IMG/VR virus record: IMGVR_UViG_3300037722_000105
Location: 1-45,738 of that record
From: a virus
Lineage: Duplodnaviria; Caudoviricetes
DNA length: 45,738 nucleotides
Direction: 5' to 3' (one strand)
Part shown: positions 28,483 through 36,209 of the stretch, piece by piece
How positions within the stretch are numbered: position 1 is the stretch's first letter
How the letters are laid out: every line of letters begins with the position of its first letter
The notes under the pieces: model-generated
The model's database searches: none
What the model was told of the DNA's origin: nothing
Seen by the model: only the letters and a program-made list of their open reading frames with translations
Program-made: the position numbers and the translations under genes

Positions 28483-30295
28483 AAATAGACACCTCCCGTC
28501 TCGGACCCATAATATTCTCTAGCCAGTCAGGAATTTTATACAAACTTCTGACCGAACCACAATCCCAACATTCTTCAGCCACATCAATCTCAAAATATCT
28601 GTTATTTGGCACGTTAACCTGACGTATAGTCTTAGTCAACCATTGATGCTTGTTCTCCAAACAGACGTTCACAGTAGCATCAGTGCGTAAAGCAAGGTCA
28701 GGTACAAGACCTGCCGTAACATCAATAGTATCCAAACATGATATGGCATATGCAGCCGACCATGCTAAAGTTTCACATTCAGTAGGGTGAGAATGACGGC
28801 TAAACAGTTCAGAATGTTCCTTACAAATAGTATCCAACATGAAAAACATTTCATAATTCTCATGGTAGACAATATGATCCATAACATTCGCCCAATCCAG
28901 ATTGTGTGATGGCCCAAGATAAACTTTCACATCACCAACAGTATCACCATTCACCCCACCACTGTTCGTCACCATAGGTAGTAAAGGGGCATTAGCTTTC
29001 TTTTTCGCCGCATCCAGAGCATCAATAACATACTGGTATTCTAAAATTTCACCCTTTTTAGGGAAATAAGTGAGAGAAGTAGTTTTCTTCTCGAAAAACT
29101 CTTTAAAAGTGAAGCCAGTATCAGTAATGGACTGGACGATCTGAATGGTAGTCGGCTCCTTGTCAGCAATAAGCCAGCGGTTACCAGTCAAATCATGATT
29201 GAAAATATCAACGATCTTACGGTATCCATCCACAACAATTTCGATCTTATCGTAAATGAGATGATAGTAAGAGTCGAACTTGATAACATAGTCCGCTTCG
29301 CCAGCAATACCAAAGAGACTTTTAGTGCTATTCGGCGGCACATCAGTTTTCACATCATAACCATGCTCTTTAGAATACAAGATTTTCGCATTCTTAGGTT
29401 GCTCATAATAAAGTTCACGGCCTGAATCTTCAGAATTCACAGCAAAATCAGCAAGAAAATCACTAGAATAGATTTCCTCGCCAGATTCAGGATGCAATCT
29501 TTTAACAATAAAATTCGACCTAGTAACTTTAGTCGTAGTCACATTATAAGGAATAGAACCCCACGCTATAGGTTTACCGTTCTCAACGAGTATAAGTTTG
29601 TTACCGTCAAGACTGGCAAATTTCCACCCTTCATAGGAAAGATTTAACTCCATTTTATCAATCATAGAATGGACAGATTCTACTTCACTACCATATACTA
29701 CACATCCATCAGCATGAACACCAACAATAAGAGGAGAAGTATGTCCTCTAGCAATCAAGCTTAATCCAGGCTGATCCTCCCATACAGCGTGAAAAGCGAA
29801 AGATCCGCTCAAGTGAGCGAGAACAAGACCAATCTCATTAATGTCACGAGGATCATCAACAGACGATAAAAGAATAGGAATAGCAACAGAATCCACTTGA
29901 GGCAAATATTGCCTGTCCGCATGCGGAATCGTAAATGCTATTTCAGTATCATTCTTAATCGTCCCATTATGAGTCACATAAATACCCTTATAATCAACAG
30001 GATGATTGTTTTCCATGATTTTAGGACTGCCCACACTCCATGCACGAGTATGCGCAGCGAAAACAGTCGAAACAGGAACACTATCAATCTTATTATCAAA
30101 AATATTGTCAGCTTCGCCCTCCTCTTTAAAAGAGGAGAATACACCCGAAGGTGTGAACGAAAAATAGCCTGCAGCATCATAACCCCGATGCAGGTTATGA
30201 AGCCAGGCTTCCTCAAGAATATTCTTCTGCTTATCTTCGGTCAAATGTTTTGTAGCCCACTTTTTCGAACAGTTATACCCAGCTATTCCACACAC
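28472..30295 (-). CDS. Class II (Ntn) glutamine amidotransferase with a long C-terminal extension
   Basis: MCGIAG, HRGYDAAG, HTRAWSVG, NNHP, HNGTIKN, VDS; C-terminal ECWDCG. Confidence 0.92.
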   Translation of the reverse strand: MCGIAGYNCSKKWATKHLTEDKQKNILEEAWLHNLHRGYDAAGYFSFTPSGVFSSFKEEGEADNIFDNKIDSVPVSTVFAAHTRAWSVGSPKIMENNHPVDYKGIYVTHNGTIKNDTEIAFTIPHADRQYLPQVDSVAIPILLSSVDDPRDINEIGLVLAHLSGSFAFHAVWEDQPGLSLIARGHTSPLIVGVHADGCVVYGSEVESVHSMIDKMELNLSYEGWKFASLDGNKLILVENGKPIAWGSIPYNVTTTKVTRSNFIVKRLHPESGEEIYSSDFLADFAVNSEDSGRELYYEQPKNAKILYSKEHGYDVKTDVPPNSTKSLFGIAGEADYVIKFDSYYHLIYDKIEIVVDGYRKIVDIFNHDLTGNRWLIADKEPTTIQIVQSITDTGFTFKEFFEKKTTSLTYFPKKGEILEYQYVIDALDAAKKKANAPLLPMVTNSGGVNGDTVGDVKVYLGPSHNLDWANVMDHIVYHENYEMFFMLDTICKEHSELFSRHSHPTECETLAWSAAYAISCLDTIDVTAGLVPDLALRTDATVNVCLENKHQWLTKTIRQVNVPNNRYFEIDVAEECWDCGSVRSLYKIPDWLENIMGPRREVSIYAS

Positions 30296-30296
30296 T

Positions 30297-30602
30297 TTAT
30301 ACTTCGATCACCTTCTTCACCCTCAACTCAGGATGAGAATTAAAAAACTCCAACACTTCAAAATGGGTAGAATTACGCATAAACTCATATGTAATACCAA
30401 GACGAGAAGCCGTAACACCAGGAAACGTTTTATTGTCAGACGAAAAAACGACAGGATCAATAAACTCTAACGAATCGTCTTTACGGCGAGACGAACGAAA
30501 TGCTGTATGAATAGAAATGGTTGTGCCATCTTCTAGCTCATACCATTTCACACGAGTAATTTCGCCAACTTTGCTCATTTTCAAGACCCCAAGTAATAGC
30601 AA
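30297..30602 (-). CDS. Hypothetical protein (likely start MSKVGE at 30578)
   Basis: Ends 1 nt before the GATase start. Confidence 0.55.
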   Translation of the reverse strand: MLLLGVLKMSKVGEITRVKWYELEDGTTISIHTAFRSSRRKDDSLEFIDPVVFSSDNKTFPGVTASRLGITYEFMRNSTHFEVLEFFNSHPELRVKKVIEV

Positions 30603-30745
30603 TGAGACAAAACAGTATCTCTTTCATGAACCGATTCAGCAAAAGATAATGCTCTTTCAATACAGCTAATATACCTGTCTTCATCATTTTGAGCTGTGCA
30701 AGCAGTCAGCAAAACAAAAACAAGAATGAGTGCTATTCTTTTCAC
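30581..30745 (-). CDS. 54-aa lipoprotein MKRIALILVFVLLTA-CTAQ... (not in the ORF track)
   Basis: GGAG SD, GTG start, basic n-region, hydrophobic h-region, LTAC lipobox. Confidence 0.7.
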   Translation of the reverse strand: MKRIALILVFVLLTACTAQNDEDRYISCIERALSFAESVHERDTVLSHCYYLGS

Positions 30746-30785
30746 GACGGACTCCATCCTGTCGTACCATCGAACAATTCTTCAC

Positions 30786-30896
30786 TCATACAGGCTCCAA
30801 TTCTCTTTCCTTTTCAGGTACAGGAACAGGCTCAATTTGAGGCTCCTGTAGAGGCTCAACTTCGATAATACGCTGCGGCTCACCAATCTTACTCAT
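30786..30896 (-). CDS. 36-aa Glu/Pro-rich peptide MSKIGEPQRIIEVEPLQEPQIEPVPVPEKERELEPV (not in the ORF track)
   Basis: AGGTGA SD, ATG..TGA; five EP dipeptides. Confidence 0.7.
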   Translation of the reverse strand: MSKIGEPQRIIEVEPLQEPQIEPVPVPEKERELEPV

Positions 30897-30902
30897 GATC
30901 TA

Positions 30903-31061
30903 TCACCTACAATCCTTATGATATCTTCTACCACCAATACGATGCCACGGACGATCCCTCAAAACTAAACGACAAGCCCGACATTTAGCAGGCTTAGGCG
31001 ACTTAGGAAAACCATAAGGAAATCTTTTACCGTTCGCAGCATTACCACTATTATTCCCCAA
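30903..31061 (-). CDS. 52-aa basic Zn-finger peptide, CRAC..HKDC (not in the ORF track)
   Basis: AAGGAG SD, TTG start, overlaps the upstream stop. Confidence 0.55.
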   Translation of the reverse strand: MGNNSGNAANGKRFPYGFPKSPKPAKCRACRLVLRDRPWHRIGGRRYHKDCR

Positions 31062-31560
31062 GACTCTGTCTCCTTCTCTCGATGACTTGATCTAATGTTA
31101 GAAACTCTTTTATAACAGAAGTCTCATAAAAAGATATTGTTTTTCCTGCAATAATGATCTTCTGATGAGAAGAACGATAACCGAATTCGTGCTCTAAAAC
31201 ACGACCAGTAAACTCTACGAGTACGGGAAAACCATGAATCATATCATTAATATCATCAGGAAGATAATCTATTTTCCAACCATAAAATCCGCAAGGAGGA
31301 TGGAAGATCAAACATTCATCACTCGACGATATGTCACAGGAATGCTCTGTTAAAGGAATTTCACCATGACAGTAAATCCAAGTGTTATTAAAGTCTTGGC
31401 GTGCTTGACAGATAGCCTCATAAGTCTCACCAATCCTATATGTTCCACCCATCCTGCTTAACATACACTCAGGCGGCATGTCAGGTTTCTTCATAATCTT
31501 CCATGCTAGAATAGGTTCAGGACTCCAAAACGTAGGCAAATCATTTAATTCAGCGGTCAC
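31051..31560 (-). CDS. Cys/His-rich hypothetical protein
   Basis: EPILAWK, YEAIC, CGFYG, GRVLEHEFGYRS motif series. Confidence 0.65.
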   Translation of the reverse strand: MTAELNDLPTFWSPEPILAWKIMKKPDMPPECMLSRMGGTYRIGETYEAICQARQDFNNTWIYCHGEIPLTEHSCDISSSDECLIFHPPCGFYGWKIDYLPDDINDMIHGFPVLVEFTGRVLEHEFGYRSSHQKIIIAGKTISFYETSVIKEFLTLDQVIERRRQSLGE

Positions 31561-31823
31561 AGTTCTCTCAAATCTTTCTCAACATCCAAAACCAACCCAA
31601 CGAATTCGTTCATCTTCGCATACCAAGGAGCAACAGGCTGCAACTGAGTAGAAAACTCGTTTACAACACCATTAATAAAATCGTTACCCTTCAACACAGC
31701 AATGTCACGAAGGCAACAGCCAATCGTCATACCATGCTGCAAAACCACATTCTCTACACCAATAGCTCGGACCTGCTCTAAAAGCCCATCCAAATATTCT
31801 TGTTCAACATCGGACATACTCAT
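31557..31823 (-). CDS. Hypothetical protein
   Basis: GAGG SD; GTGA coupling to the next gene. Confidence 0.55.
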   Translation of the reverse strand: MSMSDVEQEYLDGLLEQVRAIGVENVVLQHGMTIGCCLRDIAVLKGNDFINGVVNEFSTQLQPVAPWYAKMNEFVGLVLDVEKDLREL

Positions 31824-32036
31824 AGTGAGACCTCTTGTGGGCGACCCTTATGATAAGGAATGCTCGGATTCACATGTAACCAACCAAGTAACGTGTAATG
31901 GAGTGGTTGACCACAATAAATACAGTTTTTCCAAAAATCACGTTCGCTCATGAATTCTTCTCCATAATATAACGGCTGACAAACATGAGAGCCGCTCCTA
32001 CAATCATCATTAAAACTGGCACAATATCAATCACAT

Positions 32037-32480
32037 TTACTCCTCTCTAAACGAGTGAATCTCATAAGATAACAACAAATCCTTATCTTGTTTGCCCATG
32101 AGAATATTAGCTACAATAGCACCAGTACGACCATTACCATCCCCAAAAGGATGAATAATCTCAAATTCGATAAACCATTCAGTAGGAGTAAGCCTACCCT
32201 CTCTGAGAGCATCACCTAACTGGCTCATAAGTCTAAGAATCTCCCGCCAAGGAGCGCCTTCAGCATTATAACCCATAAAAACAGGATGCCTACGCCAACC
32301 ACCTTTATTAACAAACGGTTTCACTCTAGCGCCAATACGCATAATAGCTTCAGCATCCCATAACACTTTGCGTCGAGACTCAGCATACACAAAAGCACGA
32401 TATAGAGGTTCAACATCCTCAATATGATCATATTGGACTTGAACTTCTCGAACACACCACAAGGCGAGTTCTTCCCTCAT
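32037..32480 (-). CDS. Fic/Doc-family protein
   Basis: IHPFGDGNGRTGA; AAGGAG SD. Confidence 0.9.
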   Translation of the reverse strand: MREELALWCVREVQVQYDHIEDVEPLYRAFVYAESRRKVLWDAEAIMRIGARVKPFVNKGGWRRHPVFMGYNAEGAPWREILRLMSQLGDALREGRLTPTEWFIEFEIIHPFGDGNGRTGAIVANILMGKQDKDLLLSYEIHSFREE

Positions 32481-32504
32481 TACATCTCCTTTGTAATAGA
32501 TACT

Positions 32505-32557
32505 GCCAGGGGCACTCAGTTCAGGATAGATTGACTATCCCTCTGAATGCCCTAGGC
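32505..32557 (-). promoter_or_regulatory. Long interrupted hairpin upstream of the Fic gene
   Basis: Minus strand gggcattcag/ctgagtgccc plus ggatag/ctatcc, with an internal loop. Confidence 0.55.
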
Positions 32558-32562
32558 GCTAC

Positions 32563-33147
32563 CTACTCTTCTATTCTTGACTTCACACTATACAGTGTGA
32601 TAGCGCCAGCCAAAGTCAGAGCGATAGCAAGAGGAATCAAATAATCCTCTATACCAGTAAACGGCAAGACGACAGGCTTCTCCACAATAGTAGTAGGAAC
32701 AACGATTTCTGGCTCGTCATCCTCAACAACAACAGTAGGCGGAGTAGGCTCATCCTCAATGATAGGAGGCAAAGGAGTCACCACAATAATCGTGGTCGTA
32801 GTATCCTCTTCCTCAATAGTGGTCGTAGGTTCTTCGATGATAGTTGTAGTAGTATCTTCCACCACAGTCGTAGTGGTAGACTCTTCTTCAACAATCGTAG
32901 TTGTAGATTCTTCCTCTACTACGGTTGTAGTAGTAGGTTCCTCTACTATAATACACTCCCCCAAATAATCACCATGCTTCAAATGAGCTTTCAAAGCATT
33001 CTTACTAACCTCAATGGTATGAGCATTAGCAGGATTGCCTGGTGGTATATGACATATAGTAACCTTATGGTTACCAGTGCCAAATACGGGAAGTGCGAAC
33101 ACTACGACAAGTATTGCCGTTATAACCAATGCGCCAAGTTTGCGCAT
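32563..33147 (-). CDS. Secreted protein with a Thr/Glu/Pro stalk and an LPXTG (LPFTG) sorting signal
   Basis: Signal peptide; KVTICHIPPGN..AHLKHGDYLGEC head; EEP/S-TTT repeats; LPFTG + TM helix + KSR. Confidence 0.85.
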   Translation of the reverse strand: MRKLGALVITAILVVVFALPVFGTGNHKVTICHIPPGNPANAHTIEVSKNALKAHLKHGDYLGECIIVEEPTTTTVVEEESTTTIVEEESTTTTVVEDTTTTIIEEPTTTIEEEDTTTTIIVVTPLPPIIEDEPTPPTVVVEDDEPEIVVPTTIVEKPVVLPFTGIEDYLIPLAIALTLAGAITLYSVKSRIEE

Positions 33148-33425
33148 ATCTTATCCCTTTCCTCTACCTCATAAGGTTCTCTCCCCTATGTATTCCACTA
33201 CTTGTGGAAAATGATAAAAGAACAAGATTGCTTAGTTGGCGCAATCTGAGACGTTGCGCCAAACACAAGTCATCACGTATAGTAGACGTGACATAATATA
33301 TATTAAGACGTTTCATAACATTATGATTCCCGCATAATCGCTGCAAGCACAAGCACGACAAGGCCAAACGTCTAAAACTAAATCAGATTCATCATGTTGA
33401 CGCAAAGAATGTCCACATTCACAAA

Positions 33426-33863
33426 TCATAACGTGCTCTCCTCCCAAATATTACCATCAGGCAAAATGACAATTACAGGTACGCCAATCTTCAAAGAATA
33501 ACGCACCGTAGCCCACGTGCCACTACGAACAATCATTTCAAACTCTTTAGGCGTAGCATAAAGCCTATCAGATAAATCAACAATATCATGATTCCGCACC
33601 AGGAAATCATAAGGCTTATGCAAAACATCAACATCCAAATTCATAGCAGCCTTATTCTGTCTGATTGGAGGATGACCCTCAATCTTACAATCAGGCAAAG
33701 CTATACGCACACTCAAATGGAATTGTACATCAGCACCAATACACATACCATGATGTGCTTTAAGAGTCTGAGGCTCGTCAACTATCAGATAATTGCGAAG
33801 CCTATACATTTGCGGCCCACTAGCACCCTGTTGCGTACCAGTAAAACCTATCGATGAGGACAT
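33426..33863 (-). CDS. SLOG-superfamily (DprA/YspA-like) nucleotide-binding protein
   Basis: IGFTG, HHGMCIGAD, RNHDIVD, SGTWATVRY. Confidence 0.8.
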   Translation of the reverse strand: MSSSIGFTGTQQGASGPQMYRLRNYLIVDEPQTLKAHHGMCIGADVQFHLSVRIALPDCKIEGHPPIRQNKAAMNLDVDVLHKPYDFLVRNHDIVDLSDRLYATPKEFEMIVRSGTWATVRYSLKIGVPVIVILPDGNIWEESTL

Positions 33864-34033
33864 TCTATCACAACCAGTTTGTCGTTAAGATAATCAGCAA
33901 AGTCCATTGGTATAGTAGGGTTGTCAAACCTTACTGTTGACCAATGACCGTCAGTATCACTGACTAAACCTGTCTTAATATCCTTACCAATGTAAGGAAT
34001 TTGTACTATATCATCTCTATGTATATTTCTCAT
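33848..34033 (-). CDS. Small hypothetical protein
   Basis: ORF track; follows a hairpin and promoter-like element. Confidence 0.45.
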   Translation of the reverse strand: MRNIHRDDIVQIPYIGKDIKTGLVSDTDGHWSTVRFDNPTIPMDFADYLNDKLVVIECPHR

Positions 34034-34042
34034 AATATCAGT

Positions 34043-34088
34043 GGAAAGCCCCGAGACTTTCCCGAGGCTCTCCCATCATATTATATAT
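34043..34088 (-). promoter_or_regulatory. TATAAT-type -10 element followed by a strong hairpin
   Basis: Minus strand ...gataTATAATatgatgg gagagcctcggga-aag-tctcggggctttc; no clear -35. Confidence 0.45.
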
Positions 34089-34691
34089 CAATCAGTCTAG
34101 ACTATAATATGTTACATTAGTTTCTCCAATCTATATTTGAGCAATAGCTCAATAGGGCTAGCAGATTAAGAACATAGGCATGCTAGCATAACATGTTAAT
34201 CCTTTAACCTCAACAAGCTCTCTCATTGTTTATAGTGGCCTCAGTAATTTCCACTTCTTGCTGGGCGTTCAATAATCTACTAACCCTATTCAACTATTAA
34301 ACTTCAATCATATAATCCCCATATCTCTCAGATTAGCAACTCTTGCATTAGCAGAAGCCAAAGACCTATAAAGCCCATAAGACTGACTACCCTTGCGAAC
34401 CACCCAATAGTCCACACCATAAATACGAACTTGTGTAACAAACATTTTCACAACCTCTAATACAATAGACAAACCAAAACTAAAACAAAGGGTTGCTAAC
34501 CCTTTTCTCCTTCCGCTATGCGTGCCCCGATTAGACAGTAATCACATACCCAGTAAGAATGACCATCAGCCTCATAAGGCTGTAAGTAGGCCAAAGACCT
34601 ACACCAAAAACATTCCATCACAATAAAACCTCCAATTATTTGGTTTTGAGAGCCTAACCTCTCAATAATGATCCCCAACCAAACCCAAACC

Positions 34692-35162
34692 TTAAGCGTT
34701 CCTGAACGTAACCTTGATTACGCTCTTTCGCTCATTCTTTGGAACCTGGCGGAAAGAGGCTACGTAGCCGTTATCCGCTGCCAGTTCCGACAGTAGCGAC
34801 TTTGCGCCGCCGACCGTCCCTGTCCAATCCTCATCGACTTCAAGAGCAATGAATGGGGAACCTAGCTCCACAATCCTCGCCATGCTTTCGACCGACTCTT
34901 CAAACCCAAAATGGTCGTTCAAGTTTGACAAGTCGATGGTTGAGGCAACAGCGCTTCTGCCACGGCCTTCACCATATTTCGTTTCATTCTCAAGTAGTTG
35001 CATTTGATACCTTGTCTTTCCTGAGAACCGCAGGTCAGTCAAAATGACTTGTCTACGTTCCTCAATTTGCTCGGGTGTCCAAGGTTCCGCAAACCTCAAA
35101 GAGACATCTGAGAACCTAGAAACCCTTCGATTCATACTCAGATTCTCGCCTGTAAAACGCAC
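34692..35162 (-). CDS. Hypothetical protein, first gene of the early arm
   Basis: 156-aa ORF; likely true start MNRRV. Confidence 0.6.
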   Translation of the reverse strand: MRFTGENLSMNRRVSRFSDVSLRFAEPWTPEQIEERRQVILTDLRFSGKTRYQMQLLENETKYGEGRGRSAVASTIDLSNLNDHFGFEESVESMARIVELGSPFIALEVDEDWTGTVGGAKSLLSELAADNGYVASFRQVPKNERKSVIKVTFRNA

Positions 35163-35727
35163 AGCGGAAACCTCAGAACTTGCAAAGATCGAGAATGATC
35201 GGGGATCATTGTTGAATTGTCAGGATGCCCATGAACAGAGACGGTATGCGGACAAGCCCATAGCGTCGTCTCGGTTGGCGAGATCGGCTCGCCCCGTAAG
35301 GGCAAGTTTACAGAAGCCTCAGAAACGCATAATGCATAACGATACATAACGCACACGATCTTATTTGATCAATGATATGATATACGATGTCAGACAGGCC
35401 CCACCTAGGGTCGATCATGCACCCTACATCATGCATGATGCACAATGCAACAAACACACGACACGTTACAACAGGTATCCTACACAATATAGAATGCAGT
35501 CTATCCTGCACCCCCCCTAGGGGTCCACGGGCCAAACACACTGTCCCAAGGGCCATTTTTGTTTGTTTTGCTTGTGTTTTTTGGGAAAACTTTACACGTT
35601 GCGTAGCGTTGTGTGGAGTTTTTTTGTTTTGCAGGTGTGTAAAATTTTTTGTTAATTTTGCGCACTCTGTTTCGACTCACTTTGCCGTATGCTCGTCGAT
35701 GATGATATGAACACCGAAGAAGGGAAT

Positions 35728-35992
35728 AAGCCCTGATGAGAGTGTGAATTGCTTAGTGGATCAGCCTGGACATATAGTTAGGCTGTGGTGGAGGGGTGTA
35801 CTAAGCCCCCTTGCGTCGAACCTTTTTTGGTTCTAGCTGGGGGCGGTAGACGAAAGAGATGCAAGAGTGATTTCGGATATAGTTCCCCCGACGAGGTTAA
35901 CCCCTATCTGTTCTTTCGTGTAGAACAGTAGGTTCGCCTAGGTTTGTGTGGAGGTGTCGCTCCGCTCTCCTTCCACTGACTTCCTAGGGCTT
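35728..35992 (+). ncRNA. Candidate structured ncRNA (about 265 nt)
   Basis: Closing aagccct/agggctt stem enclosing at least five hairpins; G-U pairs favour the plus strand; no long ORF. Confidence 0.4.
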
Positions 35993-35993
35993 G

Positions 35994-36069
35994 TGGTGGC
36001 GCAAACAGGATTCGAACCTGTGACCTTCAGCTTATGAAGCTGACGAGCTGCCCTCTGCTCTATTGCGCT
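35994..36069 (-). tRNA. tRNA-Met(CAU), initiator-like
   Basis: Full cloverleaf, loop TTCATAA, GGTTCGAATCC, encoded CCA, A1.C72 mismatch, A11-U24. Confidence 0.92.
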
Positions 36070-36113
36070 CTGTCATCTATAGAGTCAATACTATAGTCTC
36101 TGTATGTGCTCGG

Positions 36114-36181
36114 CAGAGATTGTAGGAGTCGAACCCACTCTAACAGTTTTGGAGGCTGCTACGCTCCTCAGCGTAATCTCT
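36114..36181 (-). tRNA. tRNA-Trp(CCA) with a shortened D-arm
   Basis: agagatt/aatctct acceptor stem, CTCCAAA loop, GGTTCGACTCC, G73; D region only 15 nt; followed by CCG, not CCA. Confidence 0.7.
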
Positions 36182-36209
36182 TTATATTATGATATGTTAC
36201 TGATGATGA

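Noticed and set aside
24076-30896. Pupylation-like system (GS-fold ligases, acidic peptide, AAA protease)
   Set aside because: The peptide ends ELEPV, not GGE/GGQ, and the ligase motifs fit the phiEco32/amidoligase families better than PafA/Dop
32760-32950. gtagt/tcttc-type short repeats as a DNA repeat element
   Set aside because: Explained by the Thr/Glu-rich stalk of the LPFTG protein
35733-35855. Hammerhead ribozyme (CTGATGA ... GAAA)
   Set aside because: The core elements are about 110 nt apart and stem II does not pair beyond one G-C
36114-36181. Stop-codon reassignment through a suppressor tRNA
   Set aside because: The anticodon is CCA (Trp), genes are intact in the standard code, and TAA, TAG and TGA all end genes
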